Below are positions 13,170 to 25,380 of a DNA stretch of 64,000 nt, one piece after another. Every line of letters starts with the position of its first letter. Position 1 is the stretch's first letter. The DNA is from Scyliorhinus canicula (Eukaryota), in NCBI RefSeq assembly GCF_902713615.1, contig NC_052168.1, positions 4,712,001-4,776,000 on the forward strand, in the 5' to 3' direction. The position numbers and the translations under genes are program-made. The notes beneath the pieces were generated by a model that ran no database searches, had not been told where the DNA came from, and saw only the letters and a list, made by a program, of their open reading frames with translations.

Positions 13170-14540
13170 TTTCGACCATAAGCCGTCAGAGCAGAAGCAG
13201 GCCATTCGGCCCATCGAGTCTGCTCTGCCATTCAATGAGATCCTGACTGATCTGATGTGATAATCTTCAACTCCACTTCCCGCCATATCCCCTCAACCCT
13301 TGATTCCCTTACTAATTAAAAATCTGCCTATCTCAGCCTTGAACATACTTAACGCCCCAGCCTCTACAGCTCTCTGCGGTACAGAATTCCACAGATTCAC
13401 TCCCCTCTGAGAGAAGAAATTCCTCCTCATCTCTGTCTGAAATGGGTGACCCCCCCCCCCTCACTCTGAGATGATGCCCTCTGGTCCCAGACTCTCCCAC
13501 AAGAGGAAACATCCTCTCAGCATCGTCCCTGTCAAACCCCCTGAGAATCCGATACGTCTCAATAAGGTCGCCTCTCATTTTTCTAAACTCCAGTGAGCAC
13601 AGGCCCAACCTACTCAACCTCTCCTCGTAAGAAAGTTCCTACACACCCGGGAGCGACCGAGTGAATCTTTGTTTGCCCTTTGTTATATCTGAGGTGTGGA
13701 TTCAGGTCGATAACGAATCCTGACAGATCCCATGAGGGGTTATCGAGCTGAACAAAGAACAAACTAGCATAGGAACAGGCCCTTCGGCCCTCCAAGCCTG
13801 TACCGGACATGATACCAACCTTGGCCAAAACCTTCAGCACTTCCTTGTGCCGTATCCCTCTACACCCATCCTATCTATGTGTTTGTTAAGATGCCTTTTG
13901 AACGCCGTTAATGTATCTGCTTCCACAACCTCCCCTGGTAACGAGTTCCAGGCACTCACCTCCCTCTGTGTAAAAATCCTGCCTCACACATCTCCTCTAA
14001 ACTTTGCCCCATGGACTTTCAACCTATGCCCCCTGGTGACTGACCCCTCCACCCTGAGAAAGAGTGTCTGCCCATCCACTCTATCCATGCCCCTCATAAT
14101 CTTGTAGACCTTTATCAGGTCACCCCTCAACACCTGTCATTCTAACTAAAATAGTCCGTGTCTATTCAGCTTCTCCGCATAGCTAACACCCTCCAGACCA
14201 GGCAACATCCCGGTAAACCTCCTCTGCACCCTCTCCAAAGCCTCTGCACCCTCTCCAAAGCCTCCACGTCCTGTGTGGCGACCAGAATTGTGCGCAATAT
14301 TCCAAGTGTGGCCGTACCACGGTTCTATACAACTGGAGCATGACTTGCCAGTTTTAATACTCAATGCCCCGGCCAATGAAGGCAAGCATTCCGTATGCTT
14401 TCTTGACTACCTTGTCCACTTGTATTGCCACTTTCAAAGATCTGTGGACCTGCACGCCCAGATCTCTCTGACTTTACATATTCCTAAGAGTTTTGCCATA
14501 TATAGTATATTTTCCCTCTATGTTAGATCTTCCAAAATAC
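13170..14540 (-). mobile_element. Two CR1 LINE 3' fragments (about 13170-13670 and 13750-14540)
   Basis: RKMRGDLIETYRILRG and ALERVQRRFTGMLPG motifs; CR1 tails. Confidence 0.88.
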
Positions 14541-14689
14541 ATGACTCGTTTATCTCTTTCTCTCTCTTTGCGGATTCTGTCTGATGTGAGTGTTCCCAGC
14601 ATTCTCTCTAACCATTCCCCCAACAAACATCTGCAATGACTCGGATATCTGGGTCTGAAGGTCATAGCTCCCAGTTCCATTCTACATAG

Positions 14690-14935
14690 TGAGAAGTCTG
14701 ACAACACCAGGTTAGAGACTTAATTATCTGCAAAGACTCGCATTCGAAATATTGTCTTGCGTTTTTGACTTTGTCTATATATATACATGTTTCTGGAACC
14801 CAGCTCTTCATTCACCTGAGGAAGGAGCAGTGCTCCGAAAGCTAGTGATTCGAAACAAACCTGTTGGACTTTAACCTGGTGTTGTAAGACTTCTTGCTGT
14901 GCCCACCCCAGTCCAACGCCGGCATCTCCACACCA
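14690..14935 (+). mobile_element. Penelope-like element terminal fragment with minimal hammerhead ribozyme
   Basis: tcac-CTGAGGA-aggagc agt gctcc-GAAA-gcta-gtga at 14812-14848; inverted partial copy at the left end (gaagtctgacaacaccaggtta). Confidence 0.7.
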
Positions 14936-14999
14936 CTCTGCATAGTCAGTGCAGCTGTGAGGGAGCACTAATGCTGGATCTGGGACTCTCACTACTCAC

Positions 15000-15171
15000 C
15001 AATACTCTGGATCTGATAAATCAGATGTGGGTTCTCTGAGGCATTCCTATTGTCCACCAATCTGCATAATTGCCTCTTCCGATTTAAAGCACTTCGAAAG
15101 TTTCTTTTCCATATGGCCGGGTCAGCAGAATTTATCCCTGGTTGGTACCTTCCACTTGCTATTGCCCAAGC
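15000..15171 (-). CDS. IRF3: IRF3 coding exon 2, second half of the DNA-binding domain
   Basis: ctgcag / gtgagt, 172 nt; AWAIASGRY...WKRNFRSALNRK is diagnostic for IRF3 (IRF7 has WKTNFRCAL). Confidence 0.95.
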
Positions 15172-15189
15172 CTGCAGAACATACAAAAT

Positions 15190-18100
15190 GTATTCATCCT
15201 CACCCTGCTGAATAAACAGTGACTCTGTACAGTTACACAGTGAGTGATCCTCACCCTGCTGAATAAACAGTGACTCTGTACAGTTACACAGTGAGTGATC
15301 CTCACCCTGAATAAACACTGACTCTGTACAGTTACACAGTGAGTGATTCTCACCATGCTGAATAAACAGTGACTCTGTACAATTACACAGTGAGTGATCC
15401 TCACTCTGCTGAATAAACAGTGACCCTGTACAGTTACACAGTGAGTGATCTTCACCCTGCTGAATAAACACTGACTCTGTACAGTTACACAGTCAGTGAT
15501 CCTCATCCTGCTGAATAAACACTGACTCTGTACAGTTACACAGTGAGTGATCCTCACCCTGCTGAATAAACAGTGACTCTGGACAGTTACACAGTGAGTG
15601 ATCCTCACCCTGCTGAATAAACACTGACTCTGTACAGTTACACAGTCAGTGATCCTCACCCTGAATAAACAGTGACTCTGTACAGTTACACAGTGAGTGA
15701 CCCTCACCCTGCTGAATAAACAGTGACTCTGTACAGTTACACAGTGAGTGATCCTCACCCTGCTGAATAAACAGTGACTCTGTACAATTACACAGTGAGT
15801 AATCCTCACCCTGCTGAATAAACACTGACTGCACAGTTACATAGTGAGTGATCCTCACCCTGCTGAATAAACACTGACTCTGTACAGTTACACAGTGAGT
15901 GATCCTCACCCTGCTGAATAAACACTGACTCTGTACAGTAACACAGTGAGTGATCCTCACCCTGAATAAACAGTGACTCTGTACAGTTACAAAGTGAGTG
16001 ATCCTCACCCTGAATAAACAGTGACTCTGTACAGTTATGATGTGGAGATGCCGGCGTTGGACTGGGGTGAGCACAGTAAGAAGTCTTACAACACCAGGTT
16101 AAAGTCCAACAGGTTTGTTTCAAACACGAGCTTTCGGAGCACGGCTCCTTCTTCACCTGAAGAAGGAGCCGTGCTCCGAAAGCTCGTGTTTGAAACAAAC
16201 CTGTTGGACTTTAACCTGGTGTTGTAAGACTTCTTACTCTGTACAGTTACACAGTGAGTGATCCACACCCTGCTGAATAAACAGTGACTCTGTACAGTTA
16301 CACAGTGAGTGATCCTCACCCTGCTGAATAAACAGTGACTCTGTACAGTTACACAGTGAGTGATCCTCACCCTGAATAAACAGTGACGCTGTACAGTTAC
16401 ACAGTGAGTGATCCTCACCCTGCTGAATAAACAGTGACTCTGTACAGTTACACAGTGAGTGATCCACACCCTGAATAAACAGTGACTCTGTATAGTTACA
16501 CAGTGAGTGACCCTCACCCTGCTGAATAAACAGTGACTCTGTACAGTTACACAGTGAGTAATCCTCACCCTGCTGAATAAACAGTGACTCTGTACAGTTA
16601 CACAGTGAGTGATCCTCACCCTGCTGAATAAACAGTGACTCTGTACAGTTACACAGTGAGTGATCCTCACCCTGCTGAATAAACAGTGACTCTGTACAGT
16701 TACACAGTGAGTGATCCTCACCCTGCTGAATAAACACTGACTCTGTACAGTTACACAGTGAGTGATCCTCACCCTGCTGAATAAACAGTGACTCTGAACA
16801 GTTACACAGTGAGTGATCCTCACCCTGCTGAATAAACAGTGACTCTGTACAGTTACACAGTGTGTGATCCACACCCTGAATAAACAGTGACACTGTACAG
16901 TTACACAGTGAGTGATCCTCACTCTGCTGAATAAACAGTGACTCTGTACAGTTACACAGTGAGTGATCCTCACCCTGAATAAACAGTGACTCTGTACAGT
17001 TACACAGTGAGTGATCCTCACCCTGAATAAACACTGACTCTGTACAGTTGCATAATGAGTGATCCTCACTCTGCTGAATAAACAGTGACGCTGTACAGTT
17101 ACACAGTGAGTGATCCTCACCCTGCTGAATAAACAGTGACTCTGTACAGTTACACAGTGAGTGATCCTCACCCTGAATAAACAGTGACTCTGTACAGTTA
17201 CACAGTGAGTCATCCTCACCCTGAATAAACAGTGACTCTGTACAGTTACACAGTGAGTAATCCTCACCCTGCTGAATAAACAGTGACTCTGTACAGTTAC
17301 ACAGTGAGTCATCCTCACCCTGAATAAACAGTGACGCTGTATAGTTACACAGTGAGTGATCCTCACCCTGCTGAATAAACAGTGACTCTGTACAGTTACA
17401 CAGTGAGTGATTCTCACCCTGAATAAACAGTGACGCTGTACAGTTACACAGTGAGTGATCCTCACCCTGCTGAATAAACAGTGACTCTGTACAGTTACAC
17501 AGTGAGTGATCCACACCCTGAATAAACAGTGACTCTGTACAGTTACACAGTGAGTAATCCTCACCCTGCTGAATAAACAGTGACTCTGTACAGTTACACA
17601 GTGAGTGATCCTCACCCTGCTGAATAAACATTGACTCTGTACAGTTACACAGTGAGTGATCCACACCCTGAATAAACAGTGACGCTGTACAGTTACACAG
17701 TGAGTGATCCTCACTCTGCTGAATAAACAGTGACTCTGTACAGTTACACAGTGAGTGATCCTCACCCTGAATAAACAGTGACGCTGTACAGTTACACAGT
17801 GAGTGATCCTCATCCTGAATAAACAGTGACGCTGTACAGTTACACAGTGAGTGATCCTCACCCTGAATAAACACTGACTGTACAGTTGCATAATGAGTGA
17901 TCCTCACTCTGCTGAATAAACAGTGACGCTGTACAGTTACACAGTGAGTGATCCTCACTCTGCTGAATAAAGAGTGCCTCTGTACAGTTACACTGTGAGT
18001 GATCCTCACCCTGCTGAATAAACAGTGACTCTGTACAGTTACACAGTGAGTGATCCTCACCCTGCTGAATAAAGTGACTCTGCACAGTTACACAGTGAGT

Positions 18101-18222
18101 GATCCACACCCTGCTGAATAAACAGTGACTCTGTACAGTTACACAGTGAGTGATCCTCACTCTGCTGAATAAACAGTGACTCTGTACAGTTACACAGTGA
18201 GTGATCCTCACTCTGCTGAATC
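15190..18222. repeat. Minisatellite, 48/51-bp unit (~55-60 copies), filling most of an IRF3 intron
   Basis: Unit atcctcaccctg(ctg)aataaacagtgactctgtacagttacacagtgagtg. Confidence 0.97.
16038..16238. mobile_element. Penelope-like fragment forming a perfect inverted repeat, inserted in the minisatellite
   Basis: 81-bp arms 16075-16155 / 16158-16238 with a 2-nt loop; same family as 14690-14935; hammerhead core CTGAAGA...GAAA. Confidence 0.8.
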
Positions 18223-18530
18223 AATGGATATGTTTTTTTTCCAAAAAAATGAATCATTTTTAGAATAACTTTAGAGTACCCAATTAATTTTTTCTAATTC
18301 AGGATCAATTTAGCGTGGTCAATGCACCTACCCTGCACATCTTTGGGTTGTGGGGGCGAAACCCATGCAGACACGGAGAGAATGTGCGAACTCCACACGG
18401 ACAGTGACCCGGGGCCGAGATCGAACCTGGGACCTCGGCGCCGTGAGGCAGCAATGCTAACCACTGCGCCACCGTGCCGCCCAGAAAATTAAATCGTAAA
18501 CATTTTGGAGAAATAGCAAATTGACGTTAC

Positions 18531-18694
18531 CTCAAATATCTTGGTATCTTCTGCAGAAATGTCCTGCCTCGATCCGTGTTTCCAAGGAATCCTGAACTGT
18601 GTTTTCTCTGCGTCTACCCAGTGGAGACCAGGGTAAAGCCCGCTGTTTATTGCTGGATGAGCCAATCACATATCAACGGCTTCTGGGAACCCAT
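18531..18694 (-). CDS. IRF3: IRF3 coding exon 1 (MGSQKPLICDWLIQQ/INSGLYPGLHWVDAEKTQFRIPWKHGSRQDISAEDTKIFE), with a 1-nt frameshift
   Basis: cccaacag|aATG, donor gtaacg; Trp-repeat IRF DBD (FRIPWKHG); 164 nt instead of 165, reading CAG CAA TAA near 18650. Confidence 0.92.
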
Positions 18695-19144
18695 TCTGTT
18701 GGGAACAAGGCAAAACGTAGGATTTGTTCCCGGGATGGAGACTGGAAGCAAAAAGCAACAAGGAGCAGTCAGGGGAAAAGAGGTGGCATCCCTCAGCCAA
18801 CCATCTGTAAAAGCCGATTATCCGGTCGTTGTGGGATCTTGCTGTGCCCAATTCGGCTGCCGCCTTTCCTGAATCGCAAATCGACTACACGTCATTGGCT
18901 GTAAGCTCTTTGAGATCCCTGGTGGCCGTGAAGGGGGAAGACAGGCAATCAGGTGTCTTGACTTTGACCAATTTAATATTTTACTGTTGGGCAGCCAATA
19001 TTAGGGAGGTAATAATAATAATAATAATCTTTATTAGTGTCACAAGTAGGCTCACATTGACACTGCAATGAAGGTACTGTGAAACGCCCCCTAGTCGCCA
19101 CATTCCGGCACCTGTTTGGGTACTTAGGGAGAAGGTGGGGGTGG

Positions 19145-20740
19145 TTCAGTTCATGGAAGCAGGAGGAGGGCCATTTGGCCCCTCAAGTCTGCTCCGCCAT
19201 TCATTATGATCATGGCTGATCATCGAGTTCAATACCCTAACCCCGCCTTCCCCCCCATATCCCTCGACCCCTTTACCCCCAAGAGCTGGATCTAATTCCT
19301 TCTTGAAATTACACAACGTTTTGACGCCAACTACTTTCTGTACCACAGATTCACCACTCTCTGGGTGAAGAAATGTCTCTTCATCTCAGTCCTAAAAGGT
19401 TTACCCCTTATCCTCAAACTATGGTGTCCTAGGTCTGGACGCCCCCACTATTGGGAATATTCTATCGGAATAAGACCATAAGACGTAGGAGCAGAATTAG
19501 GCCACTTGGCCCATCGAGTCTGCTCCACCATTCAATCATGGCTGATATTTTCTCATCCCCATTCTCCTGCCTTCTCCCCATAACCCCTGATCCCCTTATT
19601 AATCAAGAACCTATCTATCTCTGTCTTAAAGACACTCAGTGATTTGGCCTCCACAGCCTTCTGCGGCAAAGAGTTCCACAGATTCACCAACCTCTGGCTG
19701 AAGAAATTCCTCCTCACATGGTTTAAAGGATCGTCCCTTTAGTCTGAGATTGTGTCCTCTGGTTCTAGTTGTTCCTACAAGTGGAAACATCCTCTCCACG
19801 TCCACTCTATCCAGACCTCGCAGTATTCTGTAAGTTTCAATAAGATCCCTTCCCTCATCCTTCTAAACTCCAACGAGTACAGCCCCAGTCCTCAACCGTT
19901 CCGAATCTACCTTGTCTAATCCTGTTAGAATTTTATGGACGCGATTCACTGCTCCCCACGCCGGGTGGGAGAATCGCGGGAGGGCCGGGCGACTCACGAC
20001 ACGTCCCCCTGGCACCCCCCGCGATTCTCCCACCCCCCGCTCGGAGAATCGCCGCTCGCCGTTTTTCACGGCGAGCGGCGATTCTCCGGCCCGGAGCGGC
20101 CTGACGTTCCCGACCTGTTCACGCCGGCGGCAACCACACCTGGTCGCTGCCGTCGTGAACATGGTGCCAAAGCTTCATTTGTGGCTTGTGGGGGGCGGAG
20201 AGGGGATTGAGCACCACGGCCGTGCTCGGGAGGGGACTGGCCCGCGATCGGTGCCCACCGATCATCGGGCCGGCGTCTCCAAGCGACGCACTCTTTCCCC
20301 TCCGCCGCCCCGCAAGATAAAGCCGCCACGTCTTGCGGGGCAGCGGAGGGGAAGACGGCAACCGCCCATGCGTGGGTTGGAGCCGGCCAACCTGCGCATG
20401 CGCGGCTGACGTCACTTAGGCGCCGCCGTCACGTCATTCTCGGCGTAAGCTTCAAGGCCCGGCGGCCGAGATTTACGGAACGCCGCTCCTAGCCCCCTGG
20501 GAGGGGGGTGGGAATAGGGTGCGAGGAGCGGCCTCCGAGGCCGCCGTGAAACTCGGCCGAGTTCACGACGGCCTTCCCGATGCCGTGCGGGAGCGGAGAA
20601 TCGTGCCCAATGTTTTTAATGAGATTCCCCCGTCACTCTTCTAAACTCCAATGAATAAAATCCAAACCCGAATTAGTCTCTGCACATGAGTCTCGCCATC
20701 CCAGGAATCAGCCTGAGCAAACCTTCGCTGCACTCCCTCC
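19145..20740 (-). mobile_element. Nested CR1 fragments interrupted by a GC-rich MITE-like element (~19937-20608)
   Basis: CR1 tails at ~19150 and ~19475; MITE ends ggacgcgattc...gaatcgtgccc. Confidence 0.75.
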
Positions 20741-21876
20741 CTTAACGGAGTCGGTCGAGGGGGTTCTGTGTAAGATGGCAGCTACTCATTTCCTTTTTGA
20801 AAAGAGTTCATCGCCGTCAGTTGTTGGGAGGTACAGTTTGGTTTGGGGGGGGGGGGGTTAAGTTAATTTGTGCTTCTGAATGTTTGTGGTGTTCTTTGTT
20901 ATTGTAACTTGAATGAATTGTTTTGTATAATTTTCGTTTATAATGATCATTTTCAATAAACTTTTTTTTTAAGTTGAGAGAGAGGGACCTCAGAGGGCTG
21001 GGGAGGGGGGGGGGGGGTTTATTGGCCTCAGGCGCTTAGCGACTGTCTCCAACCTCCAACATGGTGGGCCGAAGGGCCTGTTCTGTGCTGTATTTCTCTA
21101 TCTATCCAACCGTGCTGCCAGCAAGGCCACCATCAGTTTGACAATCGGCCAGTGGCGCGATTCTTGTTAACGCTGATCGTTGTACTGAAAGATACTGATT
21201 GTCTGACGCTCAACTTGATCCTTGTACTTGTACCTGGCTGCGTGCAGGTACATGCAACAAACACCTTTTGCTTTTTTAACAAAAAAATAGAGTTCCCAAT
21301 TATTTATATTGCAGTTTAGCGCAGCCAATCCACCTAACCTGCGCATCTTTGGACTGTGGGAGGAAACCGCTTCTTCAGGAGCAGAGTTGCGAGAAGTTGG
21401 GTGCTTAATAGAAGCACAGAAACGGAAAGAAATAGGAGCCGGAGGAGGCCATTCGGCCCTTCACTTTTGGTCTACCATTCAATATGATTGAGGCTGAGCT
21501 TCTATCTCAATACCATAGCTTTAGCTGAGGATACGGTCCCCCGCACTTCCGGTTTGGAGTCCGCGCATGCGCACGGTGGCACAGTGGTTAGCACTGCTAC
21601 CTCACAGCTCCAGGGACCCAGGTTCGATTCCGGCCTCTGGTGACTGTCTGTGCAGAGTTCTCCCCGTGTCTGCGTGGGTTTCCTCCGGGTGCTCCGGTTT
21701 CCTCCCGCAGTCCAAAGATGGGTAGGTTAGGTGGATTGAGCGTGCTAAATTGCCCTTAGTGTCCAAAGATGGGCAGGTTAGGTGGGGTTACGAGGATAGG
21801 GCGGGGGAGTGGGCCCAGGTAAGGTGCTCTTTCAGAGGGTTGGTGCAGAATCAATGGGCCAAATGGTTTAGCTCAA

Positions 21877-22060
21877 GGGGCTGGTTTAGCTCACCAGGCT
21901 AAATCGCTGGCTTTTAAAGCAGACCAAGCAGGCCAGCAGCACAGTTCGATTCCCGTACCAGCCTCCCCGGACAGGCGCCGGAATGTGGTGACTAGGGGCT
22001 TTTCACAGTAACTTCATTGAAGCCTACTCGTGACAATAAGCGATTTTCATTTCATTTCAT
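21877..22060 (+). mobile_element. Second tRNA-headed SINE family (copies also at ~29995-30180, 48500-48675, 60536-60688)
   Basis: ggggctggtttagctca...ggttcgattcccgtaccagcc head, (TTTCA)n tail. Confidence 0.8.
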
Positions 22061-22164
22061 AATCCTAAACCTGACAATCTGTGTAAGAAGGTTACAACCA
22101 GGAAGTCTCTTTTTAAGAGGGTGTTATTGGAGGGGGGGGGGGAGTGAATGAAAACGTCTCTTAC

Positions 22165-22510
22165 CTTGTGTTGTATTCTCAATCTGTCCTATTTTTGGTT
22201 CTAAAATGTCTGCTCCTAATTTGCAGCAGCCCCTCAAATGTCTGTGAGAGGGAACATCAGATTTCTCGCCTCTACCGAGGCCATTTAGTTTCAATTCAGA
22301 GGTTCCTCCCTGAGAACCAATTGCATCGAAAAGCCATGCCACGTCCCTCCTCCTGCATGACATCAGTTCCACTTCTTCCCTGTGGGAACATTTAAAGAGA
22401 AATTCTCCCGGCATTGAAAATACAAAAAGTTGCGATTGTTTTGCCAGCACCTGTTGCCACAGAGACAGACGTTGCCAGAAGGATTCCCTTGACGTTGAAA
22501 AGAAACCAGC
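22165..22510 (-). promoter_or_regulatory. Putative IRF3 non-coding exon 1 and proximal promoter
   Basis: Strong minus-strand donor AAG|gtaaga at 22165; unique sequence with ISRE-like AGTTTCAATTC (22287), kB-like GAGAAATTCTCCC (22397) and GAAAAGAAAC (22497). Confidence 0.5.
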
Positions 22511-23159
22511 CACTCCTTAATTTTAGTTAACCGCGTGTGTGTGTGTGAGGCAGCACGGTGGCCTAGTGGTTAGCCCTGTTCTCTCACGGCGCCGAGGTCC
22601 CAGGTTCGATCCCGGCTCTGGGTCACTGTCCGTGCGGAGTTTGCACATTCTCCCCGTGTCTGCGTGGGTTTAGCCCCCCACAACCCAAAGATGTGCAGGG
22701 GAGGTGGATTGGCCACGCTAAATTGCCCCTTAATTGGAATAAAAAGAATTGGGGTACTCTAAATTTATAATTTTTTAAAAAAGTAATCCATTCAAGCAGA
22801 GTTGGAAACCCGTACGCCCCCCCCCCCCCCCCACCATCTGGAAGGACAAGGGCAGCTGGTACCACACACACACGGTAAAACCGGCACCTGTTTGGGGGCT
22901 ATATTTCGGAGGACCCAGGACCAAGTGTTAGAAACTAGAAGGAGAGTAAGTATAATGAACCAAAAAGACTGGATATGTGGCAACGACAACCCCTCTCCAC
23001 TGGGGCTAAGAACCCAGTGTTGCTGTACATGGGGCAGGTCAGGCCCACTCCTCACAGCGGTACGCCCGAGCCATTTTCCAATTCGCAGTGTTCGCAGGAA
23101 CTCGATGGATAAAGGGGGGAAAAAACATGCCCAACGTTGCCCTAATCCTGATGGGCCAC

Positions 23160-25380
23160 TGTCATGACCCCAATGGAGGTCCAGGGGTCAGGACCATATG
23201 ATTTCCCATGACCACCCCAGAATATGAGCTTCCCCTCTAAGGGGGCGGGGCTTCCTCTTAAAGGGGCGCGGTTCCTCCTTAGCAAGGCGAGTATAAAAAC
23301 CCCGGCCTGTTTGTAGGCTGTGGAAGGAGACCCTTCGGGGGAGTGGAGGAAGATTGAAATAGACCTCGCTCGTAGAGTTCTACTATCGTCTATGCGTCCT
23401 GCTTACTGCGGTTTCAACACTGGCGATGAGGATTCAGTGGATGACACAGGTTGACACGCGCCCGGTCCACCTCGCCTAGGCTTCGGGAGGCCCCACTACT
23501 AACCGCCGAAATGCCGCACATCGGAAAGCTGGAACCTCTTAACGCAGGTAAAGACGATTGGGGGCAATGTGTGGATCGCATGGACTATTTCTTTCGAACA
23601 AATGCGATTATTGGCGATGAGAGACAAACTGATATTACGAATGGCTTGCGGAGGGCCCACCTATAGAGCCTGACTCACCCCGACCTCCCCCCCCCCCCCC
23701 CCCCCCCCCCCCGGCCCGGATACCTGATCATTTGCGAGCCTGGTGGGGGAGCATTTTGACCTGAAACAGCCTTTCATCGTGCGCCGTGTCCGGCTCCACA
23801 CAGCAGCACAGGCCCAGGCCGAGTCGGTGAGTGACTTCCTGGCCCACCTCTAAAGACTGGCTGAGACTCACGGATTTGGAGTGACACTGAATGAGACGCT
23901 CCGGGACCGTTTGGTGTGTGGACTCCGCGACATAACCACGCAACGCAACGGAAATTACAAGCTGAGGTCCACCTGGACCTGAAACGCGCGGTGGCGATAG
24001 CCATCTCCAGAGGAAGCACCGAACAAGGGGTTCCAGGGACTGGCGGTGCTCCGTCTGGGATGCCAAAGCAATCGCCCCATCCCCTCCGCTTACTACATGG
24101 GAGATGTGGACAGCAATACCAGCAGTTACACTGCGCCAGGAGTGACGACCATCTGGATCTCCCTGTGGATTAATGGACACCCAATCTGCATGGAGCCCGA
24201 CACTGGGGCAGCACTGTCTGCAGTCAGTCGCCGTACGTTAGGCCGCAGTCGGTCTGATAGTCTATCGCTGACCCTGTCGGACACCAGCGCGAGGCTGGCC
24301 ACTTCTACCGGTCAACCGTCAACCAGTGGCAAGATCGGGCACTTCCACTGACCCAGTCGAGTATGGTCAATGCTCCGCAAACCTTCCTCTGGTCCACAGG
24401 AAAGGTCTGAGATCGCTGGGACGCGACTGGTTACACCACCTGCGGTTAGATGGGGTAGCAGGTTTGCAGCATGCACCCACATGGCCCCAAGGGAATTCTG
24501 TCCAGGTTTCCATCTGTATTCCAGGTCGGCTTCGGCACCATAAAAGGAGCCGTGGCGCGAACAAGCGTGGACCCAATGGCTCGATCTGTCCCATACACCT
24601 TACGACCCAAGGTGAATTGCGCCGGACGTCCTGGTCATCAAACTGCACAGATCAGTGCGTTTGTGTGCTGACTATAAGATGACGGTCAACCGTGTGTCTC
24701 AATTGGACAGTTATCCAGTTCCCCGGATGGAGGATCTTTACGTGAAGCTCAGCGGAGGGCGCACGATTATGAAACTCGGCGTGAGTCATGTTTACCTTTC
24801 GTTGGTCCTGACCCCCCAAGTCCAGATGCTTCATCATCGTGAACACACACAGGGGGCTGTATGGATACACCCGCCTGACCTTTGGAGTGCCCTCCTCATG
24901 TGCAATATTCCAGCGAGGTAATTGAGAATATCCTGCGAGGCTTCCCCCACGTGGCCGTCTATCTGGACGACGTCCTGATCACAGCCTCGTACGGCGAGGA
25001 GCGCTGACCAAAACTGGCCGAGGTGCTGAGGCGGTTTGAGGATTCCATCATCCAGCACCGGCGGGAGAAATGTGTATTCAATACCGCTGAAGTAGCAAAA
25101 TCCTGCTACCGCGTAGACCGCCAAGGCTCGCACCCGGTGGTTGAAAAGGTGCGAGCAATTCGGCAGGATCCCGTTCCGGGTGGTCCGACAGAACTCCGAT
25201 CATTCCTGGGACTGGTGAATTACTACGGCAGGTTCCTCCCAAACCTGGTCACCAGTTAAGCCGCCCTCCACCATCCTGTTGGAGAAGGGGCAACGCTGGG
25301 AGTGGGCCCGGGAGCTTTCGTCACGTGCAACAATAACTCTACTCATCCAGACTGCTGACCCACTCCGCCCCCTACCTGGG
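23160..25380 (+). mobile_element. Decayed Gypsy LTR retrotransposon: 5' LTR (~23160-23419), PBS, gag, protease, RT
   Basis: TG...CA LTR with TATA, PBS TGGCGATGAG; gag MPHIGKLEPL..DDW..VDRMDYFF; protease DTGAALS; RT RLCADYK..YPVPRMEDL, YLDDVLI, LRSFLGLVNYYGRFLPNL; many frameshifts. Confidence 0.9.

Noticed and set aside
16086-18060. 601- and 608-aa Cys/His-rich ORFs
   Set aside because: Translations of a stop-free minisatellite in an intron; no promoter or unique coding sequence
21877-21965. tRNA genes
   Set aside because: tRNA-like A/B boxes are SINE heads continuing into SINE bodies in multiple copies
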